64,000 nt of DNA from Podarcis bocagei (lineage: Eukaryota): the NCBI GenBank assembly GCA_964188305.1, contig OZ076900.1; one strand, written 5' to 3'. Made by a program: the position numbers and the translations under genes. The notes under the pieces were generated by a model. That model did not search any database. It had not been told where the DNA came from and saw nothing but the letters and a program-made list of their open reading frames with translations. Below, in pieces: positions 46,975 to 59,535 of the stretch. Numbering within the stretch: the stretch's first letter is position 1; each line of letters begins with the position of its first letter.

Positions 46975-49644
46975 TATATTTATTTTATGACTTTATTTTT
47001 TATATAAAAAGGCATCATTTGGACCCTCCTTGGCTTCATTTTGGGTTTGGAGGGGCTTCCCCCTTTCCTCCTGTGACCTGGAGCAATATTGCCAAAATAC
47101 AGAGCTGAAATGAAAGTTTGCATGCTTTTGTAATGTATAGGAACTAGGGTAAAGTGTGCATACAAATGCATATATTAGTGAAAATGCATTACATTAGGGA
47201 AAATTTTCTCTAAAATGCTGATGAATTTTCATGAGGACAGAAAAAGAATTGCAGTAAGTTGCAGAAATACAGAGAACTGCACTTAACATTTGGGGGCGGT
47301 GGCAGCGGGGGGTGGGGATGAAGAACCGAAAGAAAACAAAATTGACAGATTTGTTCACCCCCTACTGTCCTGCAAGTGCTATAAAACATACACTGCACAT
47401 GACAGGATAAAAACACATTGAGTCTCAGGAGGCTGCTTTCCTGAGTGATTGCTGTTTGCAAAATGCCTGATCAACTTCACTCGCCCCCTTCGACACACGG
47501 GTGCCACACTTAACTCAATGTGGCATCTGTGGTCTAATTAGCGGGCGTACTCAATGAGTGAGGAAGTCGGTCATTGTTTAATGCACGCCTTGGCAGGCCA
47601 CACACTGCTTATCACCATAAATCTTTTAGCTCCAGTGTCAGCTTCTGCCACCATCTCAGCATCTTGAGAGAAGATGAAGTGCGGCATATGCCTTTCGAAT
47701 TAGCCTGCTCCATCCGTCATGGGACTCAGCCTTGGCAGAAGGATATGACGGGACACATAAATTAGGAAAGTAACTGGGATGTCTCCTGACTTGGTATCTA
47801 GCATTGGGATGTCTCTGTGGTAATCTGGGCTTTAATGCTCCGTTGAACCCATTCCTTATAGCAAAGTGAAAAATGGCATACTCAGTCAAGTTGGTTATTT
47901 TTGAAAGGCGCTTTCCCCTGTCTTCCTTCCTTCCCCTGACCCTCCTCACCAACATCTCTTCAAACAAACATCACTACTTACTACCTGCCTTGTTTAGAGC
48001 AACATCCGATAATCAGAGGAATAATTTATATTAAAACGGCTTGGCTAAATCTGTTTGAAAGTACATGGGAAAGGGGGGGGCGGTGAGAGGAGAGGGAAAA
48101 ATGCTTAGCATCAAACAGTGCCCCCTTTGGACATCTGATAAAAATTTAATGCGACTTCAGAAGTTTCTGCAGCAGACTCCAGCTGCCATCTTTCTCAGAA
48201 TCTCTTTTTTAAAAAAACTTCTCCTTCCCTTCAGAATTGCTTCTTCGGAAAGAAGGCAATTGTGCCTATGCAGGAAAGATGAAAGAAATGTAGCAGTTTC
48301 AGAAACTGTTAGATAGTGAAAGCCTGCTTGATAGGTATGAAATTATATGCTTCTCTGCGGGCACAAAGTAGTTTGGCGCCGACACATTTCTAGATGGGGT
48401 GTTGGTTTGCAAAATTTGAAACATCTGGAAATAGAACTGCCAGGATGCAACCTGGAGAAAGTTGAATTTAAAGGTATAGCAACAATGAAGTGGGACACTT
48501 CTCCTCCTCATCCTCCGCATATATTATATGTGATATATATATATAATGTCTGTATTTTCTAATATTCCAGTCAACAAGGGAGAGGATGCTTAAAAAGCAT
48601 CTGAGCTAGACTTCAAGCTGTGCGTTTATTCTTTGTGGTCGTGATCCAACAAAGCCATACACAGATATAAAGAGCAGGACCATTCATTAAACCATGCACA
48701 AAGCAAGGTGCTTGGATTTTTTCATGCATCTGTTTGCATTGCTAAGAAGACAAGCCACATTTTTTTTTTTTTAAAGTAAACTGAAAAGTGGGCTTGCCTC
48801 TTCAACATGTGGTGTGCATCTTTTGCTCCTCAGTATTTTGTCTTTTGTTTTCTGTGGTGATCACCCCAGAATGAACATGTACCCCCCCCCCCAATCTGGA
48901 CCACATGCATGGCAAAAAAATAACAAAGATGGATTTTACTTTAATTATAATAAAACCCATGTACCGTATATCTTTCCAGATCTGGAAGCTTAAAACCAAG
49001 ATCACGAGACCGCTGCAGCAGCTGTAGATATAGTTTGGAGAACAGGATCCTCTCTACAGATTGTGAGTCTACACCAGCAGGAAAATATGGGAGTTAACCC
49101 CCCTCCAATTGATTGTGGTTGAAGAATAGACAACAAAGTTGAACAAATTTGTTTTGTGGCCTCCTGTAGCACCCTGAATATACAGTGAACTCATTAAAAC
49201 CAACAAGAAAGCAATTGGCGGCACTAAGTAAAGAGTGTAATTCCCTTAATCACATTTTGGCAAGCTTTACCTCAGTTCTTTACTTTGATATGCAAATAAA
49301 CAATAATAATTAGAAAATTCGAAGGCACCTGGACTGCAGAAGATCCTAGGGGGGTGGGGGTGGGAAACATAGGAAAGACTCTGCTGCTAAGGTTTGTGGT
49401 GCTGGAAATGGTAGTTCTGACACGGCAGCCTTGTCTAACCACTCATTATTTAAGTCCTCGGGGCTTATCAGCTCATGCAAATAAATCAGGTAGTATAGAA
49501 AGTTTAAGACAGTACTGCACGTGTGGTGGCTGCCCCAGGATTGCTCACAGTTCTGCAATCATAGCAACTAATTTGTTTTGTAAAAGGATTAATGTGAGTG
49601 GAAATTAGATCCTTTGGGGGCATGCTGAACTGGAGCTAGAACTA

Positions 49645-49885
49645 CAGTGGTATCTCGAGTTACAAATGCCTCAGGTTACAAACACTTCAGGTTACAAACT
49701 CAGCTAACCTGGAGGAGTTACCTCGAGTTGAGAACTTTGCCCCTGGATGAGAACAGAAATCGTGTGCCGGCGGTGCAGCAGCAATAAGATGCCCCATTAG
49801 CGAAAGCACACCTCTAGTTAAGAACGGTTTCAGGTTAAGAACGGACCTCCGGAACGAATTAAGTTCGTAACTAGAGGTATCACTG
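49645..49885. mobile_element. Tc1/mariner (Tigger/pogo-like) MITE
   Basis: TA|cagtggtatctcgagttac ... gtaactagaggtatcactg|TA. Confidence 0.9.
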
Positions 49886-49949
49886 TAGTTCCTTGTTAAA
49901 TGAAATTTTCAAGGTCTGAAAAATGCCAGCCCAAATGGGCATCTTCAGT

Positions 49950-50160
49950 ATTTTTTATTTATTACATTTACATGCAACCTTTTCCACCAAGGAGCTCAAG
50001 GTGGTTTGCATGATTCTCCCTTCCACACTTTATCCTCACAACAACCCTGTGAGGTAGGTAAGGCTGAGAGGCTATGGCTCTGCCCAAGGTCACCCAGTAA
50101 GTTTCATGGCTGAGTGTGGACTTGAACCCAGGGCTCCCATTACACCATTACACCACGCTG
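49950..50160 (-). mobile_element. MIR-like CORE SINE
   Basis: tcctcacaacaaccctgtgaggtagg..gctgagagg..gcccaaggtcacccag is the reverse-complemented CORE domain. Confidence 0.8.
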
Positions 50161-51454
50161 GCATCACATCACACTGGCAGGTGGCCAAGGCACTTTGACT
50201 GTTAGCAGTAAAAGGAAAATAAGAAAATTGGAGGAAAGGTAGAATGCTGTAGCTCTTTACAGCTGATAGCTTCTCAGAGGAGGAGATGGCTTACTGTCAG
50301 AAACCTTGAATAGAGCATAGCTACTAGGAAGTGTGGGTAGAATGCAACTTGTTATTGCATGCCCCAGTTGTACCTTTCAATACTGTTTGCAGAGAGAGAA
50401 ACATTGGCAGAGGGCCCTTGCCTTTTGTTCTTCCTTGTGGGCTTCACAAAAGATCTGGCTAGTCATTGTTGGAAACAGGATGCTTGATTTGTTGGACTAT
50501 AGATGCACTAGTGGTTCAGTTTGGCAAAAGGCAGCTTTTTATGTTCCTACAAGAGGAAGAAGAATATGCTACCCCTGCACCAGTCTTCCCCAACACGGTG
50601 CCCTCCAGGTGTTTCAGACTACCTCTCCCTATCCAACATGGCCAATGATCAGGGATAATGGGACTTGTAGTCCAAAATATAGGGAGGCTGTCAGGTTGAG
50701 GAAGGCTGATCTGCTCTTTTCAGTGTGCACAAATCAGTTGGAAGCAATCAAGTATCCACTCTGCAGTTTCTTGTTTGTTTTCACTTTTTCAGAACATAGA
50801 GATTCACAACATATTTTGTTCTTTTGCAGCAAATGGTAAGGTGCCCTTAACCTATATTTTGTAGGTGAGCATTTAGAAATGTAATTTGCTTTTTAAGTCA
50901 TTGTTGTGTGCTGTGTTAACTTGGGTGGTTAGGAAAATTGCTTGTCTGAGCCTCACTGAGCTTGACCATTTGTTAGAGATGAAGAATTAGTGGCAAATGT
51001 GAGTGAAATAAAGAGGGTCCTCCCCCCTTAATATTGCCTTAGATTTCAGTGGTAGCAAAGCCCGGGTTGCCTAGAAATGCTTTTTCCTTTCTTTCTTGGG
51101 TATAGTACAGATGCAGGTAATCAATAATGTAGTTTTGGTGTGGGGGCGGGGGTTCCCTTTTGACAAAAGGTGTAAGATTGATTACTCAGATCAATACTAT
51201 TTTTAGAACCAATTCATCAAAATTGTACTTAAACAGAAACCATGATGCATTTAACTGTTAATAATACAAATGCCTTTTTGTCCCTTGTGGGTGATCTTGT
51301 TTTTGCAACACACAACAGTAATTCTTCCCTCTCAAAAAAAAAGTTTGTTTTTCCCCCTTAACCCCTTCTGGATTAAAAAGGGGGTTGCAATCAGTTCCTG
51401 TAAAAAAAGAAAAGAAAAGAAAAATGCCTCAGCAATCCTTCTGAAGCATAGCAA

Positions 51455-52440
51455 CGTACAGCATAGAAAGCTGACTTATACTGAGCTAGACCATTTGTTT
51501 ATTGAACTCAGTATTGTCAAAACTGACTTGCAGCAGCTCTCCGATGTTTCAGAAATCCTCTCCTCCTCACAGAGGGGAGGCATTGTGATCGGGAACTGTT
51601 CCCGCGCGGAGCAGGGGGCGTTCCAGCCCCTGCTCTACGACATCGCTGACACGCCACGCCCCCATTAAGCCTGCCTATCAGCAGCAGGCATGGGGGCGGG
51701 GTTTAGCCGCTTAAACGCGGCCGCGGCAGCCCCGTTCCTCATTGCGCTGCCGGGTTCTTCATTGGGTCACCCACTCACCCTCCCTCTAGTCATTCCTTTT
51801 GCACCTGACCTTGCTATGGACCTATGGTTGGTTGCCCTGGTTGCCTAGGGGGCCTGGTAGGAGTTTTTTTCCATTTGGCAAATTGGCACCGGCCACTTGG
51901 TTTTTCGCCTACCTCGTAGCAATTCGTCACAACTTTTTGGTATTGGCAGTTAGGCATTGGAACATGTGGTTGGTGTATGGAAGGGCAGAGTGTGGCCATC
52001 GCCTACCCCTTCTTTTATGGGTATTCCGTTAAAGGAATCTGGTGGTCATGGATAATGTCCGATGCCCAGCTGGGCTGGTGGCCATGGCATGACCCCGTTG
52101 ACATCAGGGGAGAGCTTACAGTTGTATTTGCATCAACAGGCTCCCCCTACTGGTGATTAACCCCTGCTAGACTCACCCCTCACTGAGTGGGTGGAGTCAA
52201 TGTTGCTGTTATTCCAATGCCTAAGCCAATACCTCTCACATGCTGTAATCAATAAAGTTGTGGCCTTTTTCTAGCCCAAAAACCTAAAATACTGTGTCCA
52301 TGTGTCTTTCTTATCCCAAGCTAAGAGGGCGGGTCCTTGAATCACAACAGGATTCTCCCCCAGCTCCATCTGGAGATGCCATGGATTTAACCTGGGATTT
52401 TTTGCATGCAAAGCAGATGCCGTACCACTCAGCCAACTAT
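51455..52440 (-). mobile_element. Squam3-like SINE split by an LTR-like insertion
   Basis: The left half catagaaagctgacttatactgag..cagctctccgatgtttcaga resumes at acaggattctccc..ggatttaacctggga..gcatgcaaagcagatg. Confidence 0.75.
51554..52346 (+). mobile_element. LTR-like element (solo LTR or Ngaro/DIRS-type repeat)
   Basis: CpG-rich 5' part, AATAAA at ~52251, inverted ends tgtgat (51584) / atcaca (52346), no TSD; a degraded relative lies at ~62190-62945. Confidence 0.65.
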
Positions 52441-54928
52441 TTTAGAGCAACCTCCCCATCAAGTGCCACACCCTTTTGGAGGTAACTTGAGAAGGGCCAA
52501 TGGTGGGAGGCATCAGAGTAACAAGTGACCACCCCTTTTCTCTCTGTGTCTTTCTGCTATGCCCTCCTCTTTCTCTGATTCATTCTGCGAATCATTTTCT
52601 TCTCTGTTTCTGATATCCTTTCTCCCCTCACACAGTACTAGATTTGCTTACATGTCTACATATGTGCACACATGAATCTGCTTTTTACCCATGTGTTCAT
52701 GCAAGTACCACTTGAAAGAATAGAACTGTGTGCTGGATTTTTTTAAAATTATTTTTTGCTTGCAATGGACACAATTCGATAATGTCTTGCTATCTAAGGG
52801 CCAATAAACAAGTATCCCTACCACGATTTGGTGTGATACACAAAATGGTAGGTGGAAAATGAAATGGCTTTGCATCTTGGAGAACCAGAACAGAAATATA
52901 TATTTCTGATCAAGAACATAAGAATATGAGAAGAACCTGATGGATCATCAGGCCATTGGCCTATCTAGTCCAGTGTCTTGTTCTCATAGTTGCCATGCAT
53001 GAGCCATGGCATAGCAGGGGGTGGGGGTGGAGGGGACCCCCCCGGCACATTTTTTTGAGGAGAAACTGCACCTGGGCCCGGGGCTGGTGCGGCAGCAGCA
53101 GTGGCTCCTTCTCCTTTGGGCTGTTCCTGGGCTGGCTGAGGGTTTGTGTGAGGGCACAGCCACCAACCTCACCCAGACCCAACCCAGGGAGCAGAAGCGG
53201 CAGAGAACACTGCTGCCGCCCCTCTCTGATGCGGGAATCCAGTGCACGAGGGAACTGTGGAGGCAACTTTCTTGCAGAGCGGCCTAATGCTGAGAGCAGG
53301 CCACAACTCCACCCTTGGGTCAAGCCTGACAAAGGGATGGAAGCATCCTATTCACCAAGAGGATACTCTAAAGGTGGCATTTGGTGGTTGCTGCTTCTGA
53401 GGAAGCAGCAGATCTAGCTTCGAAGGAGCATACTACAGATCTTGCTGCCACTGCTGCAGCAGTGGCAGTGGCAGTGAGTGAATCATTCCTGGGAGGCCAG
53501 ATCTGCTGCCCCCGTGATCCTGCTGCTCGAGGGCCGGCCCTGCTCTCTGTCCTCCCTGGAGTTGCTGGGGATTGAGCCCGGGACCTTCTGCATACAAGGC
53601 AGGTGGTTTACAACTTAGCTACAGCCATAGCTAAATAACCCAGCTATTAAGTTTGCCAACATCCCAAACCACCACCCCCTCTATATACACACACACACCT
53701 GAGCAAACCTTATATCCAGTCTTTTCCTAGCATGCAGCTCAGATGAAGCAAAGGCTTAAGCATTAACCTGCCAGAATGTCATGCTGTGGATCACCAGGCT
53801 GATTTCAGAATTAAGATTGGATTATGCTGTGTAGCTCCCCCCCCCCGCACCTCCCCTTTAGGAACAACAAATCTAAAATGCTTTTTAAAACTAATGTGAA
53901 TTTCTATGCTGCAGAAAGGAAGGCTATTTGGCATCGATTGCTAGTCACTGCACATCTCTGTCGACTCTCGAGAAATGAAGAAAAGCTCCTTTTTGTTGTT
54001 GCTATGCTTGCTATACAAAGCAGAAGAAATGGAGCAACGGTGAGAGGCCCCCTTGGTTGTGTCTGTATATGTAATTTTATTTCAAACACATCACCAGCTG
54101 CGGGACTCGCGGAAAGAAGCTTGTAGCAGCCAGGAGATTTGAAAGGAGAATGATAACAGGCTGCAATCTTATCACCATGGTCTTTAATGGAGACTAGAAC
54201 AGTTATTCCCACATGGCACTGGTAGTTTTTTAATGGATGCGCACCCAGAATGCCAAGCATCTCTTATTTTGTGCTCCCTGCTTTTCTACAATGAAGTTAT
54301 TATTTTCTATGGTAGATGCAATGGCAGATGTCACAGATGGTGTGAATGGCACACTGCAAATTGTTCCGACAAGCTCTTTCAGCTAATCTGTTAATCCAAG
54401 TTACCAAGATAAACAGTTTGTTTAAATTGTGGTTGGAAGAAACCATAGCTCTTTGAGTTCATGCATAGCGAATACTTGTTTTCATTCTTCTCCTCTGAAG
54501 GAGGAGGAGAGAGGAGGCGATCCACTTGAGCCTGAGGATCATTGCTGCTCATTTATGTTCATATACCGTAAACCATGTTTTCGGTGAGGGTTTGAACTGG
54601 GCCTGTATCTAAAGTTTGGGAAAGATCTGTAGTTGTAAGACTTTGCTAGCTGCAGAAGAAGAAGCAATGACCTAACTTATTGTAGAATCATCAAATAGTG
54701 TAGCTCACTGTAAGTATTTAGTTTGATGTCATGTAAATTTGTTTGTTTAGCCCAAATGAGCCCAGGGAAGCAAACAAAACATAAGCACAAATAATAAAAG
54801 TATATTTTAAACTTCTTAAAATAACAATTCTAATACAGACGTGGATAGAGAAAGTTCTCAACTTAAAAGGCTCATTGAAAGAGGAAAGTATGTTTTTGTG
54901 TTTTTATTATGAATGATGATATTATGAT

Positions 54929-55308
54929 GGGGACATGGGTAGCGCTGTGGTCTAAACCACTGAGCATCTTGGGCTTGCCGATCGGAAAGTTGGCAGTTCA
55001 AATCTGCAGAATGGCGTGAGCTCCTGTTGCTCTGTCCCAACTTCTGTCAACCCAGCAGCTTGAAAACACACCAGTGCAAGTAGATAAATAGGTACCACTG
55101 CAGCGGGAAGGTAAATGGTGTTTCCATGCACTCTGGCACTCGTCACTGTCCTCCGCGTGCCAGGTTAGTTATGCTAACCACATGACCCGGAAAGCTGTCC
55201 GCAGACAAATGCTGGCTCCCTTGGCCTGAAAAGTGAGATGAGCACCACACCCCATAGTCACCTTTGATGGGACTTAACTGTCCAGGGGTCCTTTACCTTA
55301 CCTTTACC
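54929..55308 (+). mobile_element. Sauria SINE, full length, older subfamily
   Basis: ggggacatgggtagcgctgtgg..tail cctttaccttacctttacc; 15-bp TSD tttattatgaatgat at 54903-54917 and 55309-55323. Confidence 0.95.
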
Positions 55309-57360
55309 TTTATTATGAATGATTGGTGGATAGTTTATTTTATTGTGTATTTTTAAATAAGATATATTCTCACTAGCTAAATATATATTATTTTAATTTT
55401 GTTAAGTTTTGTGTCTCTTAGCAAATTTTGTAAACTCTTTTGACATTGTGAGGCATCTTGAATATGACTTCCTATGGAAAGGTGGCCCACAAATCAATCA
55501 CGATAATTACACAGGATCAAATCAAGTAGCTGTGCTAGCTGGGAGCTAATGTCAAATCCTAGCTTTTTAGCAAATGTGCACATTTAATTGGCACATGTAC
55601 ATGCTTAATTTAATGTGTCCATGCTAGTTTCATTCATATACCTTACATTTGTAGGTGTTCAAATATATTTGTAGAGGCACACCTTTAAAAATGTAACATG
55701 CTTTTAAGAACCAACAAAGGCAATCCTGTGGCAAGAAGTGTTAGAATTAGCAGCTTTAGGTTGAAGTGGCTCTCTGGCTCAGCTGGCTGCTTCCTGGATC
55801 AGCTAGGCTCAGCCAGGGTTATGTCCCCACTCATGGCTCAGCTGAAGATATGCCAGCATAATTTGAACATCCCGGTTTAGCTGGTTGAGCCTAGGACAGT
55901 GCAAATCTGCCCCCTCCCCCACAAAGGGGTGCTCCGGGGGCATGGGGTGTGTGCGAGCAAAGAAAGAAAGGGAACTTAGGCTGGATCCCCAACCCATTGA
56001 GCCTGATCATGTGACCAGGCTGCCCGGCATATAACGCTATTTTAAAAAGTTTGCTTTCCCTCTGCCAGACTTAGGCAGAGTGGCAGCAGCTGTCTCACTA
56101 CTGAACAGGTTTTGGATGTGGTGTAAATTTACAACTGCTTAACTTAAACCAGCTTCTGTTACACCAGCTCCTTCTGCAAAGAATTGCTCCCTTGGCCTCT
56201 CAAAAATGTTACAAATGAATGCAAACCCTTTGGGGACTGTGTCTGCCGAAATACTGATTACAATGGGTATTTACTTTTCGTGCTAGGTAAAGAGGAGCAA
56301 GTCATTGAAAAATCATGCATAGCTTTGAGTTTTTTCCCCTCCCTTTCAGTTCCGACAACACAAATCCTGCTAAGCTTTAGGATCTGTTGTTATACCATAT
56401 GTGGGTTTCTCAAACATAACCTGCCAACCCTAGAACGAATATGTTGTGTTGCTAAAGGTTGAGTCTTCCTTTGATTATTTTAATGAGCAAACAGAGGATG
56501 AGAAAACATGCACAGATGTGATTGATCTTTGCAGAACCCTATGAGAATATCCATATAAGCTTGCTGTTTTTGTCTCTTCACACCATCATGGGATGGGCTT
56601 GGCCAGCAAAATAACCTTATTACTTTTAGTGAAGTTTAGGAAAATAGAAGTGTATAGAAAACATCACAGTAATAAAACTTTAAAAGGAAGCCCCTCAAGA
56701 ACCAAAACAAATGTCCTTGTGTTTATGCATAAAGGTGCTTGGTGGGAACAGAAGATGAGATCATACTTATCTTTTTACAGGGCAAAGAAATAACACAATT
56801 GAAGTGTGAGATGGATAGAAAACAACATTAGAAAGTTGTTGAATCAGAATCTCAAGTCCAAAAGTGACTCCAGGAATGATGCCACCTGGCTTGGTAGGTG
56901 AAAGGTATCCCGTTTCCAAAGGTGGTTGAGCTTATCTGAGGAAGTATCATGTTTCTGGAGGGGTAGCCGAAGGGCTTAGCTTTCAGACTTCATTTCCTTC
57001 AGGCATGGAGAAAGAGAGCTTTTGATCTCACTTAAAAAGAAGAGAACTTAAGAACTTCTGGCAAAGGATGAAGTTGTACAGTTCTGAAAGAGGGCAACAA
57101 AGCTTGCAAATGCATCTTGCAGGTTAGCCACATGATGGATTCTATTTTCTGTTGTTTATGGTGTGTTCCTCCTCCACACTCCCAGGAAAAAAGTTGTGAG
57201 ATCTGTATGCTTGGTAATATTGAAGTTCTCCAGAATGGTAGAGAAAATGGGACAATTCTGAAAGGAAGTTACTGACAGATTATTTGAAATAAGCATTTTA
57301 CAGCACAGCCTGTAGACATGTTGACTCAAAAGTAAGTCCAATTGGGTGCAATGGGGATCA

Positions 57361-57629
57361 CTCCTGCCAACCTAGCAGTTTGAAAGCACGTCAGTGCAAG
57401 TAGATAAATAGGTACCTCTGTGGTGGGAAGGTAAATGGTGTTTCCGTGAGCTCTGGCTTCTGTCACGGTGTCACGTTGCACCAGAAGCGGTTTAGTCATG
57501 CTGGCCACATGACCCAGAAAGCTGTCTGTGGACAAACGCTGGCTCCCTCAGCCAGAAAGCAAGATGAGCGCTGCAACCCCATAGTCACCTTTGACTGGAC
57601 TTAACCATCCAGGGGTCCTTTACTTTTTT
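57361..57629 (+). mobile_element. Sauria SINE, 5'-truncated, inserted into a short palindromic repeat
   Basis: ctcctgccaacctagc..ggggtcctttac, with a short actcc duplication. The host reads ctcaaaagtaagtcc..aatggg..actcc|cag..tagatttgcag. Confidence 0.9.
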
Positions 57630-59094
57630 ACTCCCAGAAAACTGGGTTTAGATTTGCAGTCACAGGTTTTTAAATGTATTACTAGGGCCTACCCCCCACT
57701 AGTATTGCTTGTTGACTCCACCTACCACTTGCTTGCTAAACCCCTACCTGCTATCCCAACAACCCCACCCTTTACACCTTGCCCTGACATCCCCCAGCTC
57801 CTCCTACCCCCAGCCAGTCCCCATAGCTCCTTCCACTTCCCTTCTGCACCCAACAATCACCTGATGCCATAGTGACATCAGGTAATACTTCCCTTTGGAA
57901 CCCCTTTTGTTGGGACTTCAAAGGTCCTGTCAGCTTATTTCTGGGGTTCATTTACTGATCTAGGGGGCTGGCTAGGCCAGAGTGGTATGCAACATAGGTT
58001 TCAATCCTACATGCACTTACTTGGGAGTAAGTATTATTGAACTCAGTGGGATGTATTTTTGACTAGGAATGCATGGGTTTCTTACAGGTGCTTAAGTAAA
58101 GACCGAACTATTATGGTGCAAACTTGAGATGCATATGGCTCAGTTGTCTAAAGTACCCTGAAATGCACTGGAAATTCATTTTGGTACCTGTTACTTTGGC
58201 TTCTATTCTGAATCCACATGTAATTGTTTTTCAATGAATAATTAATTAGTATGCAGCAGACAGCTTCTTATTGGTTGAGAGGAAGCAAAGATGTCACAGT
58301 GACATTAATGCTAGTTGACTCGGATTTAACACCTTTTTCTAATGATGAAGTGTGGATTTGTTATTATTATTATTTTAGAAGAGTAGCTACCTGAGTCATT
58401 TTGCTTGGCAATTGCAGCTATTAAGTTGTCTAGGCTTGTTATGAGAGAGGTGTGTTGTTCAGCTAAATTGTTTTCCCCAGGATATGACTAGTGTTGATGC
58501 TTTTCATGAACTGGTATCCTTTTTATCACATGGGAGCTGTACAGCTGGGTCCAGTCAAGTGTCCACATAAGTGTAGCATCTTTTATATTGACAGTGACCA
58601 ACCAGATGCTCTTGAGAAACTCTCTATATGATGCATTCCATATTATTAATCTTCACACCTGAAGGTCAACAGGCATTCATGGGAAGAAGAAATATCGCAA
58701 CAAACCTAAATACTGTAAATATTTAAGCAGAAAATGGCAGATGGCTCTAAAAATGAGCAAAATATTTAGGTATAGTATGTCCTAGTCTCATTCACATGCA
58801 CAAACATTCACACACACATGCACAAACACACCATTGTTATCTGGTTGACTCCGAACGCCAGAAAACTCCAGAAATACCTTCATTTTGGGGCTAGAAATGG
58901 TAACAGCTGACTAATTTTATATCACATTGGATAGAGACTTTAAATGGGGGGGGGGTCCTGATCCCCTTGTTGTGAGATACCATACCTGTGAGGATAACTT
59001 GCTCATCCTGTACTTTCCTGCTGATTGGTCCTCATTTGAAGACTGCCACCTTCATTGAGATAAAGAGCTACAACTCTTAGTTACAACACATGAT

Positions 59095-59535
59095 TTGAAT
59101 GCAAAAGGATCCAGAGTCAATTCTTGGCTTCTCCCAGGTAAGGGTTGGGAAGGGCTTGACTGAAACCTTAGAGAGCCACTGCCAGTCTATGTAGACCTGT
59201 GGTTCTCCAGCTGTTTTTAATGTCAACTTTCATTATTCTTAGCCAGGCCCATGTAGAGCTTGTCTGAGGCCCAGGACAGGAATCTTGTTCTTGGCATGAC
59301 AGTGCAAGTCCAGCAGACTCCTGGTGGGCCCCTTGGCTGCCTTAGTCCTCCAAGGCCCACAGCAAGTGTACCCAGCTGCCCCCAGCCCCCTACGAGCCTG
59401 TTCTTAACTGTTGGCTAGTGATGAATGGGACTTATGGGAGTTAGAATCTGGCAGGCACTACGTTTGGGAAAGTTGGTGTAGACATTATTGAGCTAGATGA
59501 GTCAAATTTTTGGTGGTGTTAATCAGCTTTCTATT
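59095..59535 (+). mobile_element. Squam3-like SINE containing a MITE (~59196-59478) that contains a hAT (59244-59400)
   Basis: SINE halves gagagccactgccagtctatgtagac / gtagacattattgagctagatg. The inner hAT has termini caggccc / gagcctg and TSD ttcttagc / ttcttaac. Confidence 0.7.

Noticed and set aside
46295-47007. Longest ORFs in the window (175 aa and neighbours)
   Set aside because: They lie in the repetitive GC-rich interior of a Tc2-like MITE and show no transposase motifs.
50333-50839. 168-aa ORF
   Set aside because: It runs through CR1 3' UTR and MITE fragments and has no domain signature.
54501-54583. Exon-like segment (ttcttctcctctgaag|...|gtgagg)
   Set aside because: Splice-like words only; the peptide is unrecognisable in every frame I checked.
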